The notes below the pieces were generated by a model. The model was not told where the DNA came from, made no database searches, and saw nothing but the letters and a program-made list of their open reading frames with translations. A program made the translations under genes and the position numbers. Shown piece after piece: positions 20,869 through 30,800 of a stretch of 64,000 nt of DNA (the stretch's first letter is position 1; the number at the start of each line of letters is the position of its first letter). The stretch is from assembly GCA_963797095.1 (NCBI GenBank), contig CAWCNY010000001.1:256001-320000 (forward strand). The letters are read 5' to 3'. Source of the DNA: an uncultured Chloroflexia bacterium. Lineage in GTDB: Bacteria > Chloroflexota > Chloroflexia > QHBQ01 > JADMIH01.

Positions 20869-23800
20869 CTATTTGCCCGTCTTGCCGGTGCCTGGCAAGC
20901 CCGCCTGTTGGTCGTCGTATGGGGGTTCGGTCACTCTACCTTCGATCGAACCCTTGTCATCCAATCGCAACGCCCCGATCTGCCTTCCTGCCAGGTATTC
21001 GTAGAACTTGCGTCTGTAGTCTACGTCGTCCTGGGCCTGGGCAAGCAGTTGCCGGGCATGCTCGGGGTGAGTCTTGTAGAGCATCTTGAAGCGGTTCTCC
21101 ATATTCATGTACTGGTCGAGCGGCATGGTGGGTGAGCGCGAGTCGAGGGTGAGCGGGTTGCGGCCTTGCTCCTCCATGTCGGGGTTGTAGCGGTACAGGA
21201 GCCACTGGCCGCTGTCCACAGCCGCCTTCTGGTTCTGCATCCCCTTCGTCATGTCGATGCCATGGGCGATGCAGTGGCTGTAGGCGATGATGAGGGCAGG
21301 CCCGTCGTAAGCCTCGGCCTCCAAGAAGGCTTTCAGAGTATGTTCGTCCTTCGCGCCCATCGCCACGCTCGCCACGTAGATATTGCCATAGGTCATGGCG
21401 ATCAGGCCCAGGTCTTTCTTGCGCCCAGGCTTGCCGCCCGCAGCGTATTTGGCGACCGCGCCACGCGGGGTGGACTTGGACATCTGGCCGCCGGTGTTCG
21501 AATAGACCTCCGTATCGAGTACCAGCACTTTTATGTTGCGCCCGGTCGAGAGCACGTGGTCCAGCCCTCCGAAGCCGATGTCGTATGCCCACCCGTCGCC
21601 CCCCACGATCCACACGCTCTTACGCACCAGCATATCGGCCATCTGCAGCAGATGTTGGGCGTCTGCTGCGGATTGAGTGGACTCTACTTGCGCAAGGCGC
21701 GCCTTCAGTTCGGCTACTCGCTCTCGCTGCTCATGGACGCCTGCTTCGTCGCGCTGGTCGGCTTCCAGGATGGCGGTTGCCAGCTCTTCGCCTACTTGCG
21801 AGGCCAGTTTCTTGAGCAACTCGCAGGCGAAGTCGTGCTGCTTGTCGAGCGATACCCGGAAGCCCAGACCGAACTCGGCGTTGTCTTCGAAGAGGGAGTT
21901 ACTCCATGCTGGACCTCGCCCCTCTCGGTTGTGCGCCCAGGGCGTGGTGGGCAGGTTGCCGCCGTAGATAGATGAACAACCCGTCGCGTTGGCGATCACA
22001 AGGCGGTCTCCGAATAGCTGGCTGAGCAACTTGAGGTAAGGGGTCTCGCCACAACCCGAACACGCGCCAGAGAACTCGAACAGGGGCTGTTGCACCTGCT
22101 GTTGGCGTATACTGTTCTCCTTGATGCGCAAGCGGTCCATCTCAGGCAGGTCCAGGAAGAACTGCCAGTTTTCCCTCTCTTGCTCGCGCAATGGGGCCTG
22201 GGGCTGCATGTTGATCGCTTTGAGGCGCGCTTCCGACTTATTTTTGGCGGGGCACACCTCCACGCAAATACCGCAGCCAGTACAATCTTCCGGCGCCACC
22301 TGAATGGTGTAAGCCTGGCCTTGCCACTCGCGGTCGCGGGCGCCGGTATGTTTGAAGGTGACGGGTGCCCTCTGGGCGTCGCCTCCCAGTTCGGCCTCAT
22401 CGTACACCTTGATACGGATCACCCCGTGCGGGCACACCATCGCGCACTTGCCACACTGGATGCACACGTCGGGGTCCCACACTGGTATCTCGTCTGCGAG
22501 GTTGCGCTTCTCGTATTGAGATGTGCCTGTAGGATATGTGCCGTCAACGGGCAACGCGCTCACAGGGAGTAGATCGCCCTCGCCTGTGATGATCTTGCCC
22601 AGCACCTCGCGCACGAAGGGCGTCGCGGCTTCAGCGTCGAGCGCCGAGTACCGAGTACGGAGTGACCCCATCCCACTGGATACCAGCTGTTCGGTACTCG
22701 GAACTTCGATCTTGTGCAGATGTTCCAGTGTGCGGCTTACTGCTTGCAGGTTCATCTGGACTATGTCTTCGCCTTTCTTTCCGTAGCTCTTGCGGATGGA
22801 TCGCTCAATGGCGGCCAGCGCTTCTTCTTTGGGCAGTACGCCCGAGATGGCAAAGAAGCAGACCTGCATTATGGTGTTGATCTGGCGCATACCGCTCTCG
22901 CGCCCCACTTTTTGGGCGTCTATCACGAAAAAGTTGAGGCCCTTTTCGATAATTTGCCTCTGCACCGTAGGCGGCAGGTGTTCCCAAACCTCGTTCGGTG
23001 GGTGGTGCGTGTTCACCAGGAAGACCCCGCCGCTTGTGATGTCCTTGAGCATATCGTAACGGTCAAGGAACACCGGCTGGTGGCAGGCCACGAAGTTGGG
23101 GCGCTGGATGAGGTAAGCGGAGCGGATGGGATCGGGGCCAAAGCGCAGGTGCGACACGGTCATAGCGCCCGATTTCTTGGAGTCGTACACGAAGTAACCC
23201 TGGGCATAGTTGTCTGTTTCTTCGCCAATGATCTTGATTGAGCTCTTGTTGGCGCCCACCGTGCCGTCCGAGCCGAGGCCGTAGAAGAGGCCCCGGATCA
23301 CATTGTCCGGCTCGATCACAAAGTCGGGGTCATACTCCAGGCTGGTGTGGGTCACGTCGTCGTTGATGCCCACCGTAAAGTGGTTGCGGGGGTGTGGTTC
23401 GGCCAGGTTGTCGAAGACCGCTTTGATCATGGCCGGGGTGAACTCTTTGGAGGAGAGGCCGAAGCGCCCTCCCACTATCACCGGGTATGAAGCCAGGTGA
23501 CGGTGGGATTGCGCTTCGCTCGATTTGCTCAGCCGCTCGTGGATCGCCCCCAGGCAATCAAGGTAAAGCGGCTCGCCCAGGCTGCCCGGCTCTTTGGTGC
23601 GGTCCATCACGGCCATTGCCCTCACGGTCGGCGGCAAGGCGTCCACGAATCGCTGGCCATCAAACGGCCTGTACAACCGAACTTTGAGCACGCCCACGCG
23701 CTCGTCCTGGCTATTGAGATAGTCTACCGTTTCGTGGGCGGCTTCTGCGCCCGAACCCATGACAACGATCACGCGTTGTGCGTCGGCCGCGCCGTGATAC

Positions 23801-24585
23801 TCGTACAGCTTGTACTGCCTGCCCGTCAGCGTGGTAAACCTGTCCATTGCGTCTTGCACAACGTCGGGGCAGTTCAGATAGTATGAGTTGACCGTTTCGC
23901 GGGCCTGGAAGTACACGTCGGGGTTCTGGGCCGTGCCCCTGATGACGGGGTGGTCGGGCGAGAGGGCGCGGGCACGATGCTCCATGACCCGCTCATCGTT
24001 GATCATGGCTTGAAGGTCACTTTCGTTGAGCAACTCGATCTTGGCGACCTCGTGGGACGTACGAAAGCCGTCGAAGAAGTGGATGAACGGTAGTCGCGCC
24101 TCAAGGCTGGCGGAGTGAGCGATCAGCGCGAAGTCCTGCGCTTCCTGCACGGAGGCCGAGCAGAGCATCGCAAAGCCGGTGGGCCGCGCGGCCATTACGT
24201 CGCTGTGGTCTCCGAAGATGGAGAGGGACTGCGCCGCCAGCGAGCGGGCTGCAACGTGGAACACCGCTGGGGTAAGCTCGCCTGCGATCTTGTACATGTT
24301 GGGCAGCATGAGCATCAGCCCTTGAGAAGCCGTGAAGGTAGTGGCGAGGGAGCCGGTCTGGAGCGCGCCATGCACAGCTCCCGCAGCGCCGCCTTCGCTC
24401 TGCATCTCCACGACCGAGGGCACCGTCCCCCAGATGTTGGGCACGCCCTCGGAGGCCCATTGGTCGGCCCATTCGCCCATCGGGGATGAAGGGGTGATCG
24501 GGTATATGGCTATGACTTCGTTGAGCCGGTAGACTACGCGAGCCACCGCCTCGTTACCATCCAATGTTGCCAGGGGTCTGTTCAT
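20869..24585 (-). CDS. nifJ: Pyruvate:ferredoxin (flavodoxin) oxidoreductase
   Basis: YPITPSS, EMQSEGGAAG, GLGSDGTVGANK, two 4Fe-4S motifs (CIQCGKCAMVCP, CTGCGICVEVCP), ACSGCGETPY, GGDGWAYDIG. Confidence 0.96.
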   Translation of the reverse strand: MNRPLATLDGNEAVARVVYRLNEVIAIYPITPSSPMGEWADQWASEGVPNIWGTVPSVVEMQSEGGAAGAVHGALQTGSLATTFTASQGLMLMLPNMYKIAGELTPAVFHVAARSLAAQSLSIFGDHSDVMAARPTGFAMLCSASVQEAQDFALIAHSASLEARLPFIHFFDGFRTSHEVAKIELLNESDLQAMINDERVMEHRARALSPDHPVIRGTAQNPDVYFQARETVNSYYLNCPDVVQDAMDRFTTLTGRQYKLYEYHGAADAQRVIVVMGSGAEAAHETVDYLNSQDERVGVLKVRLYRPFDGQRFVDALPPTVRAMAVMDRTKEPGSLGEPLYLDCLGAIHERLSKSSEAQSHRHLASYPVIVGGRFGLSSKEFTPAMIKAVFDNLAEPHPRNHFTVGINDDVTHTSLEYDPDFVIEPDNVIRGLFYGLGSDGTVGANKSSIKIIGEETDNYAQGYFVYDSKKSGAMTVSHLRFGPDPIRSAYLIQRPNFVACHQPVFLDRYDMLKDITSGGVFLVNTHHPPNEVWEHLPPTVQRQIIEKGLNFFVIDAQKVGRESGMRQINTIMQVCFFAISGVLPKEEALAAIERSIRKSYGKKGEDIVQMNLQAVSRTLEHLHKIEVPSTEQLVSSGMGSLRTRYSALDAEAATPFVREVLGKIITGEGDLLPVSALPVDGTYPTGTSQYEKRNLADEIPVWDPDVCIQCGKCAMVCPHGVIRIKVYDEAELGGDAQRAPVTFKHTGARDREWQGQAYTIQVAPEDCTGCGICVEVCPAKNKSEARLKAINMQPQAPLREQERENWQFFLDLPEMDRLRIKENSIRQQQVQQPLFEFSGACSGCGETPYLKLLSQLFGDRLVIANATGCSSIYGGNLPTTPWAHNREGRGPAWSNSLFEDNAEFGLGFRVSLDKQHDFACELLKKLASQVGEELATAILEADQRDEAGVHEQRERVAELKARLAQVESTQSAADAQHLLQMADMLVRKSVWIVGGDGWAYDIGFGGLDHVLSTGRNIKVLVLDTEVYSNTGGQMSKSTPRGAVAKYAAGGKPGRKKDLGLIAMTYGNIYVASVAMGAKDEHTLKAFLEAEAYDGPALIIAYSHCIAHGIDMTKGMQNQKAAVDSGQWLLYRYNPDMEEQGRNPLTLDSRSPTMPLDQYMNMENRFKMLYKTHPEHARQLLAQAQDDVDYRRKFYEYLAGRQIGALRLDDKGSIEGRVTEPPYDDQQAGLPGTGKTGK

Positions 24586-24794
24586 GCTATTGCCGATCCC
24601 TTTCTCCGCTCTCCGCTTTATCGTCCCCGTTTTTCGCTCCACACTATGTTCGCACTATCCTCTCGTTGGCGCTCCCTATGGAAACGTGGACTTTAATTAG
24701 GAATGACAGAACAATGGGCCGGCCCACCTCAGTAGACCGGCCCACCCACGGCTATGCGGGCAGCCAGGGAACTATCCCGCTGCCTTGCAGCTTG

Positions 24795-24823
24795 ACTATA
24801 GCACCGTAGCACCGGATTGTAAA
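24795..24823 (-). promoter_or_regulatory. Sigma70-type promoter for nifJ
   Basis: Minus strand TTTACA-N17-TATAGT. Confidence 0.55.
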
Positions 24824-25068
24824 TGGTCAGGTACATCAGGGTCAACAATTAGTGACAGCTCTGGACGGCATAAATGCTAGTAGCTTCTACGGTCTTGCAC
24901 CGATGCGTATCCGTCTATATGCCAACAGGGTTTGCACAGGCAGACACTTGCTACATATTACGGTGTACAAGTTACGGTGTACAAGCGTTCGGTACGCTAC
25001 AGCAACCCGGTGAATGTATCAAACTGTCAAAGTGTAGTTCCCGAAGGAGCGGGGGAACTATTCAACGG

Positions 25069-25725
25069 TTAGTCGGGGTAGTTCAGAAGTTCGGCTGGTA
25101 TTGTGATGAGCCTGGTGCCATAGCGAACTCCCGGTGTTTCCGCAAACTCCTGAGCTTCATTGAAAAGGCCACCCAGGCACATCTCATAGCCCCTAATCGT
25201 CAGATCAACCGAGTCAATCATGAAATCACTTAGCTGGCCCATCATAGTACCTGCATCGGTCACTACCCTGCTGCCCAGGAGGCTGGTTATCTGAATAAGT
25301 GGCGGGGAACTCAGGGAGCTCGGGGGGCCCAGGGAGCCCAGGGCACCCGAGGAGCTCGTGGCAGTTTTACCGCTTGTAGTGCCAACGGCACCTCTGTTCT
25401 GCGAGGCTCCTATGCTCTGTCCAGCGGTGGCCTCAGCCATGCCAGTCATGTTTGCCATACGCGAGGGGGGCGAGAGGTTGGGGACGGTGGGGACGGTGGG
25501 GACGGTGGGGACGGTGGGGAGGGTGGAGATCGTAACGGCATCGCCGCCCACGTTCTTGACGTCGGCCACGGGTACTGTCTGCGCCGGGTGAGACATATCT
25601 GTTCTTACCTCAATGCTCACTATGTGGTGGCTCTCTGGTTCGATCATCAAGTCCTCGACCTCGCCGATCTTCCCGGCGTTTTCGAGATTGACAACAGCCC
25701 GGCCTTTCAGCTCTGAGAATTTCAT
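25069..25725 (-). CDS. Tandem PRC-barrel domain protein with low-complexity linker
   Basis: SELKGRAVVNLENAGKIGEVEDLMI..VGGDAVTI and LLGSRVVTDAGTMMGQLSD; (PTV)n linker from 9-bp repeat at 25480-25524. Confidence 0.8.
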   Translation of the reverse strand: MKFSELKGRAVVNLENAGKIGEVEDLMIEPESHHIVSIEVRTDMSHPAQTVPVADVKNVGGDAVTISTLPTVPTVPTVPTVPNLSPPSRMANMTGMAEATAGQSIGASQNRGAVGTTSGKTATSSSGALGSLGPPSSLSSPPLIQITSLLGSRVVTDAGTMMGQLSDFMIDSVDLTIRGYEMCLGGLFNEAQEFAETPGVRYGTRLITIPAELLNYPD

Positions 25726-25910
25726 TGGGTTCCTCCTGGATCCCGTTGTGTGAGCGATTAGCCGACAGAAATCGAAGCGTATCTGGAGCCCACTCCCGTC
25801 AATCATTCTACTCTAGCCATTGCCCATGCCTGGGTTACAGCTCAAAAATCGCGTCCCGCACACCTCTTGCCTTGGCATTCTGCACCAGGGACGCTGGTCT
25901 GGACATGCTT

Positions 25911-26684
25911 CTATTGGGCCGTGTAGCCGCCGTCTATCACCAGTTCGGTACCGGTGACGAACTTCGACTCGTCCGAAGCGAGGTAGACCACTCCGTAGGC
26001 GATGTCGTCCGGCTCGCCCATGTGTCCCATTGGGTGCAGGCCCTCCAGGTAGCTCTGCATCGCTCCTGGATCTCCCCCCGCCTCCATGGCTGTCTGCACC
26101 ATCGGCGTAACGATGTAGCCCGGGTGTACCGAGTTGACGCGGATGTTGTAACCTGAACGTGCGCAATGGAGCGCGGCGGATTTAGTGAAGATGCGGACGC
26201 CGCCCTTACTTGCGTTGTACGACGCTGCGGTTGCCTCACCGACGATCCCCAGGATAGAGGACATATTGATGATGGAGCCGCCTTTTCCGCCGCGCTTCAT
26301 TGCCTGGATGCCGTACTTGGTACCCAGGAACACCCCGTCCAGGTTGATGCTCATGAGGAAGCGCCAGTCCTCAAGTGTGGCCTCCTCGACGTTGGTGGTC
26401 TTTCCTACGCCTGCGTTATTCACCACGACATCAAGCTCGCCGTAGGTCTGCAGGGTAGTTTTGATTATCTGCTGCCAGTCGGCCTCACTGGCAACATCGT
26501 GCCTGATGAAGACGGCGTCGCCTCCGGCCGACTTGATCTCCTCGACCACCTGGCAACCTTCCTCTTCTTTGATATCGGTGACGACTACTCTGGCACCTTC
26601 CTCTGCAAGTCTGATGGCGCAGGCCCGCCCGATGCCGAGTGAGCCGCCTGTTACGATAGCTACTTTATCTTGAACACGATTCAT
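25911..26684 (-). CDS. Short-chain dehydrogenase/reductase
   Basis: TGGSLGIG, NNAG, YNASK, IRVNSVHPG, DGGYTAQ. Confidence 0.92.
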   Translation of the reverse strand: MNRVQDKVAIVTGGSLGIGRACAIRLAEEGARVVVTDIKEEEGCQVVEEIKSAGGDAVFIRHDVASEADWQQIIKTTLQTYGELDVVVNNAGVGKTTNVEEATLEDWRFLMSINLDGVFLGTKYGIQAMKRGGKGGSIINMSSILGIVGEATAASYNASKGGVRIFTKSAALHCARSGYNIRVNSVHPGYIVTPMVQTAMEAGGDPGAMQSYLEGLHPMGHMGEPDDIAYGVVYLASDESKFVTGTELVIDGGYTAQ

Positions 26685-26713
26685 GTAATTTCTCCTCTTG
26701 ATATGCGTCTCAT

Positions 26714-27547
26714 TTACTCGCCAGGGGCCGTTCGGCGTCTTGAGCGCAGATTGGTAACGGCTACGATCGGTGAGCTCACAGACCGATCTAATTGTCGGAA
26801 CACCGGGACTCTACGGCCCTGCGAGTTCGATCTAGACAGTGAGTGTAGCTCCCGCAATGCCATCCTGGTGTGGAATTTGACTGCGCTGAGCGGCTGCCTG
26901 AGTTCGACTGCTATCTGGGCTTGAGATAAGCCCCTGAGGTAGGCGAGTTCGAGCACCTGCCGTTGCGCAGATGCTAAATGCTCTACTACCTGTTGCAATG
27001 GGGGCTGCCCCTTTTTCGATAACTTCCGGTCGGCGGCACTGAGGGCGGCATCAACCATGATATCCACGAGATTCGCTGCCACTGATTGCTCAATAGCCTC
27101 TGGGGCTACTTCGGGGTGTCTTACTCGCAGTAATCTCAGTTCAGCTAAGCACTTGTTATGCGTAACGTTTAGTAGCCAGCTTTGAAACCAGCCTTCCTGT
27201 GCCGAGTAGTTTGCAGGGTTGATTTCAGGGCGTATCACAGGGCGTATCACAGGACATACCCAACATACCCATAGCTTCTCGAACGCTTCCTGCATCGCTG
27301 GCACCGCCACGCTAGATTGACCCAACATTCTGTATGCCAGGCTAAAGGACTGTCGAACGAAGGCGTCGTACAACTCCTCAAGCGGAAAGGCGCCGGCCCT
27401 GGAGACCCGGCGCACTATTTGCTCGCGAGCCATAGGTACGGGTGCCAGGCGAGTCAGACCATCCTGTGCCAACACTACCTCAGCTCGGGTATCCCTACCT
27501 GCGTTACCATTAGTTATAGGTGTGGTAGTGGACGTGGCTATGTTCAT
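26714..27547 (-). CDS. ECF-type sigma-70 factor (degenerate region 2)
   Basis: FSLAYRML..QEAF, FQSWLLNVTHNKCL, region 4 QRQVLELAYLRGLSQAQIAVELRQPLSAVKFHTRMALREL. Confidence 0.7.
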   Translation of the reverse strand: MNIATSTTTPITNGNAGRDTRAEVVLAQDGLTRLAPVPMAREQIVRRVSRAGAFPLEELYDAFVRQSFSLAYRMLGQSSVAVPAMQEAFEKLWVCWVCPVIRPVIRPEINPANYSAQEGWFQSWLLNVTHNKCLAELRLLRVRHPEVAPEAIEQSVAANLVDIMVDAALSAADRKLSKKGQPPLQQVVEHLASAQRQVLELAYLRGLSQAQIAVELRQPLSAVKFHTRMALRELHSLSRSNSQGRRVPVFRQLDRSVSSPIVAVTNLRSRRRTAPGE

Positions 27548-27754
27548 GATCTCTCTGGGAACTTGTGACTAATGGGGATGCTCCCTTCCCCTTCTCCGAT
27601 TCTCTGCTCGCAGCACCCGCCGCACCCCGGTAATCCCGCTAGTCTGCAGACACACAAATACCCTGGTCTCGGACCAGGGTATTCTATCTACCGGCAATAC
27701 ACGCCACCCGGCGCTGGCATCATCGAGCATTATCGGGCAACATTGGTCATTCCA

Positions 27755-29704
27755 TTACGCTCGGCTCAGTAATCCCCTCTCCGTTGCCACAGCCACTGCC
27801 TCGCCACGGCTAGCGACTTGGAGTTTCTGCAGGATGTTCCTTACGTGGTACTGCACCGTCTTGGTCGTGATGTTCAGTTGCGCGCCTATCTGCTTGTAGG
27901 GCATACCTTGAGCCATGCAACCCAGGATATCCATCTCGCGCTTGGTCAGCGCGTCAGGATCCACTTCCCGCCGAGCCAGCACGGCAAAGCGGTCCATCAC
28001 CCTGGTCGCCAGCGCGGGAGCGAGCGAAGACTCTCCACTGCCTGCGGCGCGCACAGCGGCTATAACGGTCGCAGGTGTTGCGTCCTTGAGCAAGTAGCCC
28101 CGCGCCCCCGCCTTGAGGCCGGCGAAGACCTCCTCATCCTGGTCGAACACGGTCAATATGACCACTTCAACCGCCGGGTGCGCCGCTCGCAACCGGGGTA
28201 GTGCTTCGATGCCCGACAGCCCGGGCATCTGCAAATCCAGGAGGACGACGTCAGGATGCAGGCGGGTCACCTGCTGGATTGCCGCCAGGCCATTTTCCGC
28301 CTCCCCTACGATCTCTATGTCCGGTTGCCCCTCGAGGATGTGGCGGATGCCTTGCCTCACAATAGAGTGGTCGTCCACGATCAGGACGCGGATGTGGCGA
28401 GCGTCCGAATGAGGAAGACTTACCAGATCAACAGGGGGAGGCCAAGCGGAAGGCTCGCGTAGAGCCTCAAGCAGGGTATCCTGCACGGGTAGCATAACAG
28501 CGGCCATAGTGGTACCCGAGCGGATGTAGGGAATGGTGGCGCGTACAGCAGTGCCATGTCCAGGGTGGCTGGTGACAAGCAGATCCCCGCCCAGGATACG
28601 CGCCCGCGCCGCCATGCTCAGCAGGCCGAAGCCGCCTTCATCTCTCGGTGCGGTAGCCCTCGTTGTACCTTTATTACTTGTAGTGCCCGGAGCTCCGGGC
28701 ACAAAGCCGACCCCGTCGTCTTCGACCGTGAGGACGACGGCTCCCTCCTCGAACGCCAACCCCAGGATGACGTGGCGGGCGGCGGCATGCTTGTATATAT
28801 TCTGAAAGGCTTCCTGGGCTACTCGGAATAGCGCTGTTGCCAGGTCAGGGGCCAGCAGACGTTCGACCCCATTGACGTAGAACTGGGTTGTGATGCCAGC
28901 CCGTTTCGCAAGTCCTGATAGCTCCACTGCCAGGGCGTCATGTAGCGACTGGTGCTGCAGAGGCGTTGGGTGCAGCCCCAGAACGGAGCGCCGAGCCTCC
29001 TCCAAAGCGCCACGTGCCAGTGCCTCAGTTTCGGCTAGGACATCGGCGTCCGCTCGCCTTCGCCTCGCTTTGTAGGGTTTGAGGGATTCGAGGTTGATTA
29101 TAATGCCGGCGAGCGACTGAGCCAGTGTGTCATGGATTTCTCGCGCAATGCGATTGCGCTCCTCAACGACGGCCAGGGCGCGGGCACGTTCATCCAGGCG
29201 GCGATGTTCCAGCGCCACAGCGAGCAGGTTGGCGATGGGCTCCACCAGAAGCACATCCTCAGGGCCATGGATGCCTGGCGTATTGCTGATGACAACAAGC
29301 CCGCCCAGTACGTGAGGAGCCGCTGCAATGGGCACAATCACGCCCGCGCGCCCGGTCTGCTCCAGAAGGAGCCGGTCGCCGGGGTACTTTTCCGCCGTGG
29401 CCGCGAAATCTGTGACGACGACCGGCTGATTGGCAAGCAGAGTGGGACCAAATGAGAAGTCGCTGAACGGCAAGGATCGCCCGGCTGCCTCCGTTGGTGT
29501 TGGGGGATTGCAGAAGGCGACGGCGAGCTCATGGGCATCGTCTGCGCGCCTGGACTCCTTAGCCTCCCCAGGATCCCCGGCACTTGGCCTCAGCAGCACG
29601 GCCAGGGCATCATGGACGAGTATGTGCTCAGCCTGTTTGGCGACGACGTCGAAAATCCGAGGGATGTCCAGGCCAGCGGCGATTGCCCGCATGATCACCG
29701 TCAA
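27755..29704 (-). CDS. Hybrid GAF-HisKA_3-HATPase-REC-LuxR HTH protein
   Basis: ERNRIAREIHDTLAQ H-box, EAFQNIYKHA, DDGVGF, GFGL; then VLIVDDH..LLDLQMP..GYLLKD receiver and LTKREMDIL..TVQYHVRNILQKL HTH; start uncertain. Confidence 0.88.
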   Translation of the reverse strand: MTVIMRAIAAGLDIPRIFDVVAKQAEHILVHDALAVLLRPSAGDPGEAKESRRADDAHELAVAFCNPPTPTEAAGRSLPFSDFSFGPTLLANQPVVVTDFAATAEKYPGDRLLLEQTGRAGVIVPIAAAPHVLGGLVVISNTPGIHGPEDVLLVEPIANLLAVALEHRRLDERARALAVVEERNRIAREIHDTLAQSLAGIIINLESLKPYKARRRRADADVLAETEALARGALEEARRSVLGLHPTPLQHQSLHDALAVELSGLAKRAGITTQFYVNGVERLLAPDLATALFRVAQEAFQNIYKHAAARHVILGLAFEEGAVVLTVEDDGVGFVPGAPGTTSNKGTTRATAPRDEGGFGLLSMAARARILGGDLLVTSHPGHGTAVRATIPYIRSGTTMAAVMLPVQDTLLEALREPSAWPPPVDLVSLPHSDARHIRVLIVDDHSIVRQGIRHILEGQPDIEIVGEAENGLAAIQQVTRLHPDVVLLDLQMPGLSGIEALPRLRAAHPAVEVVILTVFDQDEEVFAGLKAGARGYLLKDATPATVIAAVRAAGSGESSLAPALATRVMDRFAVLARREVDPDALTKREMDILGCMAQGMPYKQIGAQLNITTKTVQYHVRNILQKLQVASRGEAVAVATERGLLSRA

Positions 29705-30256
29705 AGGCGTAGCAGGGACAGATGCGACATGTGCGCCTGGTTGTGAGGAGGCTTTATTCGTATCTATTGCCCTGGTTGTTCAATTCCACGTTCAACTTTC
29801 ATAGTCTACATTTTCCATTATACTGGTCGACCGAAATCCGTAAAGAGAGGCCCGGCCTTCTGAAGCGAACGAAGAGCTCAATGGCTGCAAATTGCATCAA
29901 AAGCACAGCACTGAGTGGTGACCAACTGGAAGAAACCCTGGCTGCTTCGCATCAGTTGCGCAGTATTGTTATAGACCACCTGCATCGCACACATCGCAGC
30001 CACGGCCCCCCCGCTCCCGGCTACGTCCAGGCAGTTGTCGCTCCTGTTGATAGGCGTCATCACCAGCGGCCCCTGTAATCACCCCGGGACCGGGCACTGA
30101 CAATATGTGCCTGACCCTACTCTGTTTCCAGCGCAGTCCATGCACATGATGCGATCTGTCTTCCTGAATCCGTTGGTGATATAGTTATAGTTACGGTAGT
30201 GTACCAAACTCGTCTGCATCGTCCGCAGCAGCCATCTCTTAAGGAGGAGAAATGCT

Positions 30257-30631
30257 ATGCCCAGCTTCAACCGGGATATCGCCAACCTTGCAAGAAAGAA
30301 CTCGTTCTTCCGTCAGGAGGTAGTCACCGGCACCCACAGCCAGGTCGTCCTGATGAGCATTCCCCAGGGCGGGGAGATAGGCGAGGAAACCCACCTCGAC
30401 GTTGACCAGACGCTCATCATTGTGGTAGGTCATGGCAAAGCGATCTTGAACGGCGAGCAAAGTGAGGTTGGGCCGAACAGTCTATGCTTCGTGCCTGCCG
30501 GAACCAGGCACAATTTCGTCAATACAGGCGACACCGACCTCAAGCTCTACACCGTTTACGCCCCGCCGGAGCACGCGCCCGGTACGGTACACAAGACCAA
30601 AGCTGAAGCTGACGCTGCCGAGCACCAGTAG
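30257..30631 (+). CDS. Cupin domain protein
   Basis: QVVLMSIPQGGEIGEETH..DQ..VPAGTRHNFVNTG..LKLYTVYAPPEH; AAGGAGG RBS. Confidence 0.88.
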   Translation: MPSFNRDIANLARKNSFFRQEVVTGTHSQVVLMSIPQGGEIGEETHLDVDQTLIIVVGHGKAILNGEQSEVGPNSLCFVPAGTRHNFVNTGDTDLKLYTVYAPPEHAPGTVHKTKAEADAAEHQ

Positions 30632-30800
30632 CGCACCAGTGGAGAGCATTCTCCCACTCTGCTGCGGAAGTGACTTGTCGCTCCAGCACTGAACCTGTCG
30701 GTCGTGACTTGATAGGAACCGGTCATCATTTTGCCTGAGAGGCCTGTCACTTCCGGACATCCTAAAAGACTTCGCGGTAATTCATGGAGGCAAATGAACC

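Noticed and set aside
29800-30200. Short ORFs between the hybrid kinase and the cupin
   Set aside because: No RBS or family motif; may be a decayed gene, but no call is supportable
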